From Gammaproteobacteria bacterium (GTDB lineage: Bacteria; Pseudomonadota; Gammaproteobacteria; Eutrophobiales; Eutrophobiaceae): DNA of 64,000 nucleotides. Location of the stretch: positions 4,190-68,189 of the forward strand of contig JAPPLI010000100.1 in NCBI GenBank assembly GCA_028819495.1. The letters are read 5' to 3'. The notes beneath the pieces were generated by a model. It saw only the letters and a list, made by a program, of their open reading frames with translations, was not told the origin of the DNA and searched no databases. This document shows positions 19,638-30,119 of the stretch, piece by piece (positions within the stretch are counted from its first letter, which is position 1; each line of letters opens with the position of its first letter). The translations under genes were made by a program, and so were the position numbers.

Positions 19638-20606
19638 TTGGTCTTTTTAGCTATGGTACTTCCCCGGCGCTTATTTTTAATTTTCCTGCTGTTTTGTCTT
19701 GTGAATCCCGTTGCAACGGGTGATGTTGCATGGATAGAGAAAAGTGAAGCCACGCGCAAGCTGATGCAGGAAATGGATAAGACCATTAATCAGGTGGACA
19801 GGAACAAGGCTTATCATGATTATATGAAATTTTTTGCCAGGGAACTTCAAGCTTATGGGTTGCTTGAAACAGGCGTAGCGGATTTAGAATACGTTAAACA
19901 GCACTATAAACCGGTATTCGAATATTTCGATGATGGATCACTGGTAACAGACACACTGGTAGTCGCCGGAAACATGGCGGCTCAGCGCTATCATTCCCTG
20001 TTTACCCTTAATGGTGATTTTGATGGTGTCAGCTACAAGGGCAAACTGGTTGCGATTAGAGGTTTTACATTTTTTGAATTTAATGAAAATGGTCAAATTA
20101 TCAGGCGATGGTCCAATCATGACCACGCCTATCGTATGGAACAGATACTAGGCGCCTCAGGAAAAGAATCTGGAACAATTCTTTCAAAGAGACTCAATGG
20201 ACCCGGTCTGTCCGCACAAAAAGTATCGGAAACTATACGGGCGCTCGTTGCGGCAAACAACCGGATACATGACCCGGAGTTACGAAAAAGTGCGACTATG
20301 GCCATATTTTCGCCAGCCGTTAAAGTATGGGGTGTCACCAAATCAGTAGCTGGATATGATGAATTATCCAGGTATTTTTCTGATATTTGGAAATCATTTC
20401 CTGACCTTGTATTTATCCCTGGTGACTTACTATCCGCCTGGTCGTTTGGCGCGGTAATTCTGACAGGGCACGGTACACCGAAAGGAAATATCAAAAGTAC
20501 TGATACTGACGTAGCGCCCGTTAAGATTACCATTGAATTGATTCTCCATTTCAATGATCTCTCTAAAATAGATTTAGTCTACCTCTATCAACATCCATTA
20601 GATTAA
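19638..20606 (+). CDS. Exported protein with two SnoaL/NTF2-like domains
   Basis: Hydrophobic N-terminus; VVAGNMAAQRY...GFTFFEF...RRWSNHD and KSFPDL repeats; AT-rich; start uncertain. Confidence 0.6.
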   Translation: MVFLAMVLPRRLFLIFLLFCLVNPVATGDVAWIEKSEATRKLMQEMDKTINQVDRNKAYHDYMKFFARELQAYGLLETGVADLEYVKQHYKPVFEYFDDGSLVTDTLVVAGNMAAQRYHSLFTLNGDFDGVSYKGKLVAIRGFTFFEFNENGQIIRRWSNHDHAYRMEQILGASGKESGTILSKRLNGPGLSAQKVSETIRALVAANNRIHDPELRKSATMAIFSPAVKVWGVTKSVAGYDELSRYFSDIWKSFPDLVFIPGDLLSAWSFGAVILTGHGTPKGNIKSTDTDVAPVKITIELILHFNDLSKIDLVYLYQHPLD

Positions 20607-20624
20607 CAGATGGAGTAATTACAT

Positions 20625-21149
20625 ATGACAATCAGTAATACATGTTCTTGGAATCTGTTTAATTACATCTTTATATCCCTGATAGTTTTGTTCCCTTCAC
20701 AAGCAAGCCAGGGTGATGACGCTTATGCAGCGCTTTCACAAGAGGAAAAACAAAACAAGCTGGTAATTGCTACAGCAATAATTGATGTCCTGAACAAGGG
20801 CCAATTTGAAAAAGTCGATGAGTTATTTGCAGATGAACTGGTCGAACATGATCCATATCAGACTAAAACGAAGTCCCCCAAAGAGAGCTTCATAGCCGCG
20901 GTGAATGCTTTTCGTTCTGCATTTCCTGACGGCGTTATGACTATCGAGAAACAAATTGCCGAAGGTGACTTTGTTTCAACAAGATGGAGCAAAACCGGCA
21001 CACACATGGGTGAGTTTATGGGGATCCCCCCGACAAACCGTAAAATAACATTTACCGGAATATTTTTCGACAGGCTTGAAAACGGCAAGATTGTTGAGAC
21101 CTGGGCAAACTACGACCTTTTCGGATTGTTACAACAGATCAGAGACTAG
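20625..21149 (+). CDS. SnoaL-like ester cyclase with signal peptide
   Basis: RSAFPD, QIAEGDFV, GTHMGEFMGIPPTNR, GKIVETWANYD. Confidence 0.85.
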   Translation: MTISNTCSWNLFNYIFISLIVLFPSQASQGDDAYAALSQEEKQNKLVIATAIIDVLNKGQFEKVDELFADELVEHDPYQTKTKSPKESFIAAVNAFRSAFPDGVMTIEKQIAEGDFVSTRWSKTGTHMGEFMGIPPTNRKITFTGIFFDRLENGKIVETWANYDLFGLLQQIRD

Positions 21150-21185
21150 CGGTTCTAAAACCGGACACCCCACCTATAGGACGCC

Positions 21186-22529
21186 TCAGGGCAGGGATTC
21201 AGGCATCAGGCTCTTTCTGGCCAGCCAGCGCCGTATGACGCCGTGGCGGTGCTTGTTGATTGGGTGGTTGTACAGCAATACCGCCCCGGCGACGCCTATG
21301 ATGGCGGGCAGGAAAAGCCCGACGAAGATGAGTCCCCGGATTGCCTGTACGTCATTCTGACCCATTGGCTGAAATCCCAGAATGCCCAGTAACGGCAGGG
21401 CGATCCCTACCCCGCCGGCAAAAGCGACCTTTACCATGAAGTTGTAAACCGCCATGTATATCGCCGCATCGTCACTGCCGCCTTTCATCATGCCGTACTC
21501 GATGGTGTCGGCAATCAAGGCCGGCGGCATTACCCAGATTACTGAGATGATCGGTCCGTGCACCAGGGCGACTAGCAGCAACTGTGAAAAATCGCCGGGA
21601 GCGACCAGCAGGTACAAAGGTTGGACGGCAAGGTAGCCGAACCCTCCCCAGAACAAGGCCCGGTGCCTGCCGTAGCGGTTGCCGAATCTGACCCACAACG
21701 GCAGACAGGCGATACCGATCAGGTATTGAATCAGCACAAACTTCAGAAATCCCGAACGCGGCATCTGCAATATGTGTTCGAACGTGAATATGAGCGATGC
21801 ATTCATCACGCTGCCGCCGAGCCAGAGGAAAAAAACGCCGATGATCAAACGCACGAAGGGTTTGTTTACAAACAACAGCTTTAATGAGGAAAACAGGCCG
21901 TGTTTACCTGATTCCACAAACGCGGTCTTGGGCGTGACCAGTGTTGCACCGGAAGCTGCAACCGGGAGCAGGACCAGCAGGAACACGACATATACCCACA
22001 AGATGTCCCGCAACGCGGGATTCTCTTCCCGCAAAAACACGACGGGCAACAGGGTCGCGAGGATGATTCCTATCATGGTGCCCGTCTCCCGGTAACCGTT
22101 GATGCGGGTACGCGCGGTGTAATCCCGGGACAGTTCAGCCCCCCAGGACAGGTAGGGTATCTGCACGGTAGTCCAGGCCACGTAAAAAATCAGGGCCACG
22201 GCGAACAGGTAGGTCTTGCTGACGGCGACGGGCGGACTCAGAAACAGGTACAGGCTAATCATCAGCAACGGTACGCCAGCCGCGATCCAGGGCTTGCGCC
22301 GCCCCCAGGGGCCGCGGGTCCGGTCCGACAGGTGACCGATAACGGGGTCCGTGATCGCGTCCCAGGCGCGGGCAATGAAAAAGATGCCCCCGACCGCGGC
22401 CAGTTCCAGCCCCAGTTCCGCCGCGTAAAACGGCGGGACGTAGATGATCAGCGGCATTCCGAGCATCGCCAGGGGTATGGCCGGCAACATGTAAGCCAGC
22501 AGGGAAGTCCTGTCAGTGGCGGATCTCAT
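21186..22529 (-). CDS. MFS transporter (GPH/MelB-like)
   Basis: WDAITDPVIGHLSDRTRGPWGRRKPW, IPYLSWGAELS; many TM segments. Confidence 0.9.
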   Translation of the reverse strand: MRSATDRTSLLAYMLPAIPLAMLGMPLIIYVPPFYAAELGLELAAVGGIFFIARAWDAITDPVIGHLSDRTRGPWGRRKPWIAAGVPLLMISLYLFLSPPVAVSKTYLFAVALIFYVAWTTVQIPYLSWGAELSRDYTARTRINGYRETGTMIGIILATLLPVVFLREENPALRDILWVYVVFLLVLLPVAASGATLVTPKTAFVESGKHGLFSSLKLLFVNKPFVRLIIGVFFLWLGGSVMNASLIFTFEHILQMPRSGFLKFVLIQYLIGIACLPLWVRFGNRYGRHRALFWGGFGYLAVQPLYLLVAPGDFSQLLLVALVHGPIISVIWVMPPALIADTIEYGMMKGGSDDAAIYMAVYNFMVKVAFAGGVGIALPLLGILGFQPMGQNDVQAIRGLIFVGLFLPAIIGVAGAVLLYNHPINKHRHGVIRRWLARKSLMPESLP

Positions 22530-22563
22530 AGTATGACTCCTTTTGTTTCATTTGCCGGCGAAC

Positions 22564-24177
22564 TTATCCGGCCAGTGCGGCTCTCACCAGGTCCGCGCCC
22601 TTTTCACCGATCATGAGCACCGTGGCATTGGTATTGCCGGTGACCAGGGTCGGCATGACGGAAGCGTCTATGACCCATAACCCGTCAACGCCTCTTACCT
22701 TCAGGTCCGGGCTGACCACGGCTTGCGCATCATTCCCCATCCTGCAGGTCCCGACCGGGTGGTACATGGGAAAAGCCGCATCCTTCACGAAGTCCCTGAG
22801 TTGATCGCCGGAAAAGACCTCATCGTCCGGCTGGCGCCAGCGTACCAGGTGGCCAACGAAAGCAGGCTGCTCCGTGATCCTCCTGGCCAGCCGGCAGGCG
22901 TCGACGAGTTGCTCGATGTCGTCCCCGGAATCCAGCATCGGGTAATGAATACGGGGCGGTTCCAGCGGATCGGAGGAGCGTAAGGCAATCTCGCCCCGGC
23001 TTCCCGTCCGCATCAAGCCGACCGCGCCGCCGGCGATTCGTTCTTTGCTCAGAACGGCGCTATTTTCCGCGATATCTACATGAAACGGCGCCATGGTGAC
23101 CTGAATGTTGGGTGTCCTGAATTTCTCCCGGGTACGGATAAACGCGTGGGCATGGGCAATCGGCGTCGTCAGCAATCCCTTACCGTTAACCAGGAACCGG
23201 ATCAACTGCACCACGTTATGCAAAGGTCCGGTCCGGCTTCCCAGGGTCTCGCCGTTAACGTCGAACGAATAACGGATACCTGTATGCTCCTGCAGGTTTT
23301 TTCCTATTCCCGGTGAATGCGCAATACCGTCGATGCCCACCCGCTTGAGCGCTTGTGCGTCACCGATACCGGACAGTTGCAACAGTTTAGGTGAAGCGAT
23401 GGAGCCGGCACTCAGTATTACGGCGGCGCGGGCCAATGCCTTCCCGTATTGGCCAACTCCGTCTCTCACGAATTCAATGCCGTTTGCCCTGGCGCCGTCA
23501 AACAGGATCCGTGTCACTTGACTGTTAAGTTGTATGTGCAGGTTAGATCGCTTCCGAACCGGGTTCAGGTATGCCTGCACAGCGGACTCGCGCCAACCCC
23601 TGCGCTGGGCCACCTGGACATAGTCCACTCCTTCATGCTCTGCTCCGTTCAGGTCATGACTCCTGGGGATGCCGGCTTCCTGCGCTGCCTTGATCCAGGC
23701 ATGGGTCAGCGCGCTGTCAACGTTCAGTTCTTCCACGGAGTGTGGCCCCTGCCGGCCACGCCATTCATCTTCACCGCGCCGGTTACATTCCAGACGCTTG
23801 AAATACGGCAGGACCGATGCGTAATCCCAGCCGGTACAACCCAGGTCAGACCAGCGATCATAATCATCCCTGTGACCGCGGATAAACATCATGCCGTTTA
23901 TAGCGCTGCCCCCTCCCAGGCAAAGGCCGCTCCACCAGGAATCCACCTTGCCGGCGCGGGTCGGGTCCGGTTCGACCTCGTACATCCAGTTAAATCGGGG
24001 ACTGAAGACGGCAGCGCCGCTGGCCGCCGGGACACGGCTGAAGGGATGCCTGTCGCTGCCCCCTGCCTCCATAAGCAGGACGGAAAGAGAGGGGTCTTCG
24101 GATAAACGGCCCGCAACGACACAGCCGGCCGACCCGCCGCCGACCACGATCACGTCATATTCGATGATGGCGTCCAC
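22564..24177 (-). CDS. GMC oxidoreductase (choline dehydrogenase family)
   Basis: GGGSAG, LGGGSAINGM, GKNLQEH, YHPVGTCRMG, GNTNA; GTG 24177 preferred. Confidence 0.92.
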   Translation of the reverse strand: MDAIIEYDVIVVGGGSAGCVVAGRLSEDPSLSVLLMEAGGSDRHPFSRVPAASGAAVFSPRFNWMYEVEPDPTRAGKVDSWWSGLCLGGGSAINGMMFIRGHRDDYDRWSDLGCTGWDYASVLPYFKRLECNRRGEDEWRGRQGPHSVEELNVDSALTHAWIKAAQEAGIPRSHDLNGAEHEGVDYVQVAQRRGWRESAVQAYLNPVRKRSNLHIQLNSQVTRILFDGARANGIEFVRDGVGQYGKALARAAVILSAGSIASPKLLQLSGIGDAQALKRVGIDGIAHSPGIGKNLQEHTGIRYSFDVNGETLGSRTGPLHNVVQLIRFLVNGKGLLTTPIAHAHAFIRTREKFRTPNIQVTMAPFHVDIAENSAVLSKERIAGGAVGLMRTGSRGEIALRSSDPLEPPRIHYPMLDSGDDIEQLVDACRLARRITEQPAFVGHLVRWRQPDDEVFSGDQLRDFVKDAAFPMYHPVGTCRMGNDAQAVVSPDLKVRGVDGLWVIDASVMPTLVTGNTNATVLMIGEKGADLVRAALAG

Positions 24178-24178
24178 T

Positions 24179-24670
24179 TTATGGCGAATTATTATTCCCC
24201 ATATCCAGGATAATCTTCCATGTACCATCGTCCTGGCGTTCCCATAACAGGATATATTTGCCTTGTCGCGGGTTGGACCGATTTTCGGCGCCTGCGTCTT
24301 GAGGAACAAAATCGGCGACAAAATTGCCGCGTGTGAGCGCCCAGTTGCCCTCTGTAATCACGGAATCGACGGTTACGTCCAGTTGCTCGATAGTGAAAGT
24401 GCTGTGAACGGTCTCCGCAAACCGGCGCAGCGCCTGTTTCCCTTCCAGCGCCGGCAGTGTGTTGTGCATACCGACTGCGTCATCGGCAAAAATGTCCAGC
24501 CAGCGTTCGATATCACCTGTCTTATACGGCTCGATATAACTATTGAGCACCAGTTGCTCGAAATCCGGCAGGGGCGCCATTTGCTGATCCTGCCTGGAAC
24601 AACCGGCGACAGTCAGCAGAAATACCGGAATCAAAAGTAATCCGAAAAAGTTATTCATCAGTGTATTCAA
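24179..24670 (-). CDS. DUF4440/SnoaL_3 lipoprotein
   Basis: Lipobox VAGC; GKYILLWERQDDGTWKI. Confidence 0.8.
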   Translation of the reverse strand: MNTLMNNFFGLLLIPVFLLTVAGCSRQDQQMAPLPDFEQLVLNSYIEPYKTGDIERWLDIFADDAVGMHNTLPALEGKQALRRFAETVHSTFTIEQLDVTVDSVITEGNWALTRGNFVADFVPQDAGAENRSNPRQGKYILLWERQDDGTWKIILDMGNNNSP

Positions 24671-24673
24671 TAT

Positions 24674-26227
24674 TCAGTACCCGTATTTTTGAAGATAATC
24701 TTCCCTGATCAGTTGCTTCTTTATTTTGCCGGAATCTTCACGCGGCAGACGATCAACGAATTCGTAAACCCTGGGGACCTTGAAATCCGCAATTCTTGTC
24801 TTGAGATGGGCCGCAGCCGCATCTCCGTTCAGCATCCCTCTCTTTTGGATAACCGCTACAAGTTTTTCGCCGAATTCAGCATCGGGTATGCCAAATACGA
24901 CACAATCGATCACATCGTCCATGGCAATCAATACCTCTTCGATTTCCGCTGGATAGATATTCACGCCACCGCATATCACCATGTCCGATTGGCGGGATGA
25001 AATATATAAATAACCCTCATCATCCAGATAGCCGATATCTCCTGTCACCAGGAACCCGTTTTGCTGCAGGCCGGCACTGCCTGAGTCCGCATTGCGATAA
25101 GAGATACAATGGGAACCCTCGTGTTTCACGCAGATTAGGCCCTCTTCAAAAGCATTGCGCCTGTTTCCTTCCACTCCACGAATTTCGATCTCTACCCCCG
25201 GCGCCGGACGCCCGACTGTACTTGGGCGCTCCAGCCATTCAGCAGAACTGCAACAGGTAATGATGCCTGTTTCCGTCATGGCGTAATATTCGTAAATCAC
25301 GCTCCCCCACCAATTGATCATGCTTCTTTTAACATCCGCCGGACAAGGCGCGGCGCCATGAGTGACGTGAACCAGGGAATCAAGTCGATATGCGCCTCGG
25401 ATGTCATCGGGTAAATCCAGCAACCGGACAAACATGGTGGGTACCAGGTGCAGGTGGGTGATTTTATGCCGTTCTATCAACGACAGCAAACCTTCCGCAT
25501 TGAAGCGCGCCGCGAGGACAAGTATGCCGCCGGATTGCAGCACCATATTGGCGTAGCCGTTAGGCGCAGAATGATACAGGGGTCCTGCCATCACCGAGCG
25601 AAGCGGGGTTTGCTCGAAACCCCAGGCATATGTGGTCCTCTCGCTGATCCTGGCTACGATATCAGGAGTTACGTCTTTGCGCAGTACAGCTTTGGGTCTG
25701 CCACTGCTGCCGGAAGTATAAAACAACGGTGGCCTGAATTTTTTATTCGATGCAGTGCAACGTGGACTCTCTTCGACCCAGCGGGACCAATCCAGGAAAC
25801 CGGGTTCAAGATCTCCCGCGCCATCCGTAACGTTATAGCATTCCGTGATCTCGTCCGGTGTGGTTACTACAATCACCGGAACCCGGCCAATTACCACTGC
25901 CAGCTCTCGGGTCAATAAATCAGAATGCACAATAACAGCCTTCGCCTGACAATCGGCCAATATGAAACTGATCTCTGCCGGTTTTAAATGCCAGTTTACC
26001 GGCACAACGTCGAAGCCGAGATAATGGGATGCCTCATGGATAATAAAGTAAGGGATATCATTGCGGAGAATGACAGCAACAGCATCGTCCTCGCAAATTC
26101 CCAGAGAGCTTAAGCCGCCGGCAACGTGCCTTGCTGCAGAATCCAGGTCACCGGCAGAACAGGTCCGTTCGCCGAATACCAGGGTGGCGAGCTCCGTATC
26201 CACGTCAGGAGGGAGAACGCGGGGCAA
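24674..26227 (-). CDS. Acyl-CoA synthetase (AMP-binding)
   Basis: YTSGSSGRPK, YYAMTE, TGDIGY, GGVNIYPAEIE, SGKIKK. Confidence 0.9.
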   Translation of the reverse strand: MPRVLPPDVDTELATLVFGERTCSAGDLDSAARHVAGGLSSLGICEDDAVAVILRNDIPYFIIHEASHYLGFDVVPVNWHLKPAEISFILADCQAKAVIVHSDLLTRELAVVIGRVPVIVVTTPDEITECYNVTDGAGDLEPGFLDWSRWVEESPRCTASNKKFRPPLFYTSGSSGRPKAVLRKDVTPDIVARISERTTYAWGFEQTPLRSVMAGPLYHSAPNGYANMVLQSGGILVLAARFNAEGLLSLIERHKITHLHLVPTMFVRLLDLPDDIRGAYRLDSLVHVTHGAAPCPADVKRSMINWWGSVIYEYYAMTETGIITCCSSAEWLERPSTVGRPAPGVEIEIRGVEGNRRNAFEEGLICVKHEGSHCISYRNADSGSAGLQQNGFLVTGDIGYLDDEGYLYISSRQSDMVICGGVNIYPAEIEEVLIAMDDVIDCVVFGIPDAEFGEKLVAVIQKRGMLNGDAAAAHLKTRIADFKVPRVYEFVDRLPREDSGKIKKQLIREDYLQKYGY

Positions 26228-27233
26228 GAAGGCCGTGTCTCAACCCGTCCCGTCCGCGCTTGATTAAACCGGTAAAGCTGTCGATATCAATGTTTGAACC
26301 ACAGACGATCAGGGCAACCCGTTTACCCCTGAGCCGGTCTGCAAGCGGTCCGAAAGCGGCGGCCGTCGTCGCGGCGCCGGCAGGCTCAACCGCCAGTTTC
26401 ATGTGCTCAAACAGGATAGCGGCCGCTGCCGCGAGTTCATCATCCGATACCAGAACCAGGTCATCCAGTGAACGCTCGCACATCGCGTAGCAATAGTCGG
26501 TGGTGAACGGCGGAGCCAGGCTGTCAGCTATCGTTGACAGCTCGGTAAGGCTCTGCGCCGAACCGGCTTCCAGGCTTTTCTTCATCACGGCAGCCCCTTC
26601 GGGTTCAACCCCGTAAACCTTGCATTTTGTATTCAACAGCCCGGTTACCACTCCGACGCCGGAGCACAACCCGCCGCCGCCGATGGGCACGACTACCGCG
26701 TCAAGGTCCGGTACCGCATCGTGCAACTCCAGACCACAGGTGCCGGTTCCTTCCGTTACCCGCCGACTTTCGAATGGATGAATAAAGACCCGCCCCTCTT
26801 TTTCCACTATTTCCTCGACCATCCTGAAGCCGACCGGTCCATTTTCTGCAATCAGGATATCCGCGCCCAGAGCGCGGGCGATTTCAATGCGGATGGGGTT
26901 GGCGCTGGCCTGCATGACCACCTTTACGCTCGTGCCGACACAGCGCGCCGCATAGGCGGCAGCAATGGCATGGTTGCCGGCGCTCATTGCGGTAATGCCC
27001 CGGTCAAGCTGTTCAGACGACAATGCCAGCACGTTATTAACTGCGCCCCGGACCTTGAACGTACCGGTACGCTGCAACAATTCCAGTTTCAGAAACAGTT
27101 CCGTTTCCGTCCCGAGCCGGGAGCCGACCGTATCCCCTTCCCAATGGAAGGTTGGTGTTATCCGGGTATAAGGTTTCAGCCTGTCGGCAGTTAAACGGAA
27201 TTCTTCCAGGGTAGGCGGATTATAGTTACTCAT
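26205..27233 (-). CDS. PLP-dependent threonine/serine dehydratase family protein
   Basis: KLELLQRTGTFKVRGA, SAGNHA, PIGGGGL, EPAGA, CGSN. Confidence 0.88.
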   Translation of the reverse strand: MSNYNPPTLEEFRLTADRLKPYTRITPTFHWEGDTVGSRLGTETELFLKLELLQRTGTFKVRGAVNNVLALSSEQLDRGITAMSAGNHAIAAAYAARCVGTSVKVVMQASANPIRIEIARALGADILIAENGPVGFRMVEEIVEKEGRVFIHPFESRRVTEGTGTCGLELHDAVPDLDAVVVPIGGGGLCSGVGVVTGLLNTKCKVYGVEPEGAAVMKKSLEAGSAQSLTELSTIADSLAPPFTTDYCYAMCERSLDDLVLVSDDELAAAAAILFEHMKLAVEPAGAATTAAAFGPLADRLRGKRVALIVCGSNIDIDSFTGLIKRGRDGLRHGLLAPRSPS

Positions 27234-27283
27234 TACTGAAGCCCGCCATTCCGGGTCATCGGACAATAGTTGCTTATATCCAT

Positions 27284-28330
27284 TTACACCGCTATCGGGG
27301 TATGTCCGGTTCTCACCTGCCTGGGGGTTACTCCAAAGTGCTTCCTGAATGCCGTGGTAAAATTACTCGAATACTCATAGCCCAGGTTCATGGCGATTTC
27401 AGTAATCGTCATCTCCGTATTAGCCAGTAAATCACAAGCCTTTTCCATGCGCGCCCGATGCAGGTAATTATGTACGGTCGTGCCGACGGCCTGCCTGAAC
27501 ACCCGCATCAACTGAGTCTCGTTCCAGGACAGGGTTTTTGCCAGTTCACTGATGGTAGGCGCTTTCGACAAATCATTATCGAGAATTTCACATATCTCCG
27601 CGACGCGTTTGACGTCCCTCTGCCGTAGCGGTGTTTTATCCGATCCCGTAGCCGTCCACATTTTTGATAACTGGTCCAGTGTGAAACAAAGCAATTCCAG
27701 GGTCTTGGCCTCAATCTGTAACTGTTGCAGGCGGCCCGTATAATTCGTTTCAAACAGAGACCTGACGGCAGAAATCATTTCGGGACGCATACGTACCGCA
27801 CAGTAGTACATGTCCTTCTGCTCACCGTACAGGAACTGTCCCAGGGGCGTGGACTTCAACAGCGATGTGCCGGAAATGATTTCTTCCAGGAATGGCGGTT
27901 CACACAACAGGGTGACCGATTGTTCGTGCTGGTGTGCGGGGAAACACTCAATCTTTTTCATCCCGGAAGGCTGAATCAATACTCCGAAGGTCATGGGGTC
28001 CACCGGTTCCAGTTCTCCTCCCTCGGCGCCTATCTCACTACTGCCGCTGTAACGGAAATGAAATTTGACCACGTCACCGCTTTCACTCATATCACTGTGG
28101 GCAGAATCATGTTCCACATCACCTATCAGGACAGCCAGCCCCTTCCTGACCATGCAGATGTCCTTTATTCCGTGAGTCTCCGGTACAGGCGTCGCCAGTC
28201 GTAATCCAAAATGGTGATCATAAGGTTGTTGATCAAGCGGTGCATATTGGGGCGGTATGTCTTTCAGCAATTCGGGAGTGGCATTTTCCCGTTTGATCGG
28301 TACTACTGATTCCGGTTTGTTTTCAGGCAT
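27284..28330 (-). CDS. AraC-family regulator
   Basis: C-terminal double HTH, LGYEYSSNFTTAFRKHFGVTP. Confidence 0.9.
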   Translation of the reverse strand: MPENKPESVVPIKRENATPELLKDIPPQYAPLDQQPYDHHFGLRLATPVPETHGIKDICMVRKGLAVLIGDVEHDSAHSDMSESGDVVKFHFRYSGSSEIGAEGGELEPVDPMTFGVLIQPSGMKKIECFPAHQHEQSVTLLCEPPFLEEIISGTSLLKSTPLGQFLYGEQKDMYYCAVRMRPEMISAVRSLFETNYTGRLQQLQIEAKTLELLCFTLDQLSKMWTATGSDKTPLRQRDVKRVAEICEILDNDLSKAPTISELAKTLSWNETQLMRVFRQAVGTTVHNYLHRARMEKACDLLANTEMTITEIAMNLGYEYSSNFTTAFRKHFGVTPRQVRTGHTPIAV

Positions 28331-28423
28331 TGATAAACCTCTACAGTTCAGTTTTGCGTTGTCAATATTGATATTCGTACCAAACGCATAATTTTTAACA
28401 CTGAAAGCAGACTTTATTACATA

Positions 28424-29944
28424 ATGGCGCTTATTGACAAACCTGATTGTACGAGCGTGACCATGTTAACTGATTTACACAGAAGAGATGTACTGCGCCG
28501 GCTCGGCGCACTGGGAATAACAGGCGCTATCGGTCAACTGTATTCAGGTTCATTGTTCGCACGCTCCGGCGAAGCTGCTACAGGGTTGGACCGGTTGGTG
28601 GACGGTGAAGTGGTCAACCGAGCGCATGACCGGTATGAAGCCTGGCGCAATAGCATGGTCTGGCACTTGAGAAAGCCGGAACGCTATCCGGACGCGATCA
28701 TTCGGGCACAATCCGAGCAGGATGTCATCGCCGCGGTGAAATACGCCACCGACAACGGGCTGAAGGTATCGGCCAGAAGCAGCGGTCATAATTCCACCGG
28801 CGCGGCACTGCGGAATGGCGGCCTGCTGATCGACCTGGCGCTGCTTCGCGGCGTCGAAATTGACACCGCACGCAAGACCGCGCGCATCCAACCGGCGCTT
28901 TGGTCGGAGCAACTTGTGCAGGAAGCTGGTAAACACGGCCTTGCCTTCCCCGCCGCTCACTGCCCTACGGTGGCCCTGGGCGGCTACCTGCTCGGCGGTG
29001 GCATGGGCTGGAATAACGCCCATTGGGACGGCATTGCCTGCCATGCGATAACAAGCGCCGATATCGTCCTGGCCGGCGGCAGGAAGGTCACCGCCAGCGC
29101 TGATGCTTATCCAGACCTGTTCTGGGCCGTGCGCGGCGCCGGTTACGGCTTTTTCGGTGTCGTCACTGCCATGGAATTGCGGCTTTATCCCTTGCCGCGT
29201 GCGATCCACACCAGCATGTATATCACGCCCCTCGACAAGCTGCACACCGTATTCGCCGCGCTGGATGAACTCAACGAGGTAAAGGATGAGCGCGTAGAGA
29301 TACTCGTGCTGTTGATGCACGATCCGCAGGCGTCCGCGGACACACCTCCCGACCAGGCGAAAATATGTATGGTAGGCGTCAATGTGTTTGCCGATACGGA
29401 GGATGAAGCCAGGGCGATGCTGGCGCCGTTTGCGAACAGCGCGCTGGCTGCCGCCAGCGTGTTCAAGCTGGAGTACCAGCCGAGTTCCTTCGAGCAGTTG
29501 TATAACCCGGAGGGTCTTGATACCGGCGTCGGACGTTACATGGTCGATAGCATCTGGACCGAGGAACCGGGACAGTCCCTGCTGTCCCTGGCGGAACATT
29601 TCAAAACAACGCAGTCCGCTCGCACCCATGTATTATGTGCCTACGGGGTGAAGACGGAACTGCGTGAGGATGCCTGCTTCTCACGCATCGCCAATCACTA
29701 CATCGCCAGCTACATGCTCTGGAACGATGCGGCAGACGACGCTGCCAACGAGGTCTGGCTGCGACACACAAACGCGTTGTTGCAACCCTACAGCAAAGGG
29801 ACTTACATCAACGAAATTGAAGCAACCCTGTTCCCGGAACGGGTCAAATCCTCTTTTTCCGAAGAAAGCTGGCAACGCCTGGCAGCGCTACGGAAAAAAT
29901 ACGACCCGGACGGGGTTTTTCATTCTTACCCAGGATATTCATAA
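28424..29944 (+). CDS. Tat-exported FAD-linked oxidase (BBE-like, probably bicovalent FAD)
   Basis: HRRDVL twin-Arg signal; RSSGHN (His) and HCPTVALGG (Cys); LFWAVRGAG; KKYDPDGVF. Confidence 0.85.
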   Translation: MALIDKPDCTSVTMLTDLHRRDVLRRLGALGITGAIGQLYSGSLFARSGEAATGLDRLVDGEVVNRAHDRYEAWRNSMVWHLRKPERYPDAIIRAQSEQDVIAAVKYATDNGLKVSARSSGHNSTGAALRNGGLLIDLALLRGVEIDTARKTARIQPALWSEQLVQEAGKHGLAFPAAHCPTVALGGYLLGGGMGWNNAHWDGIACHAITSADIVLAGGRKVTASADAYPDLFWAVRGAGYGFFGVVTAMELRLYPLPRAIHTSMYITPLDKLHTVFAALDELNEVKDERVEILVLLMHDPQASADTPPDQAKICMVGVNVFADTEDEARAMLAPFANSALAAASVFKLEYQPSSFEQLYNPEGLDTGVGRYMVDSIWTEEPGQSLLSLAEHFKTTQSARTHVLCAYGVKTELREDACFSRIANHYIASYMLWNDAADDAANEVWLRHTNALLQPYSKGTYINEIEATLFPERVKSSFSEESWQRLAALRKKYDPDGVFHSYPGYS

Positions 29945-29968
29945 GCTGCTGTGAGCTGCTTGTGTTAA

Positions 29969-30119
29969 GGAGCCTCTGATTAAGTCAGAGGCTCCTGCGA
30001 TACAGGGACGTATCGCCAAATTTAATGACGATAAGTCATTGAATTTGTGAGCAATACAAAAATCGCATTTTTGTATTGCGTGCTCTGACAAGTCCAGGAT
30101 GGACTTGTTCAGAGCTTCC
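29969..30119. mobile_element. 151-bp IS5-family-like MITE
   Basis: TIRs GGAGCCTCTGATTAAGTC and GACTTGTTCAGAGCTTCC; TTAA on both sides (29965-29968, 30120-30123); no transposase. Confidence 0.7.

Noticed and set aside
15493-29944. Secondary-metabolite biosynthetic cluster (cyclases, BBE oxidase, adenylation enzyme)
   Set aside because: No PKS, NRPS, carrier protein or precursor peptide is seen; importers and exported enzymes fit catabolism better
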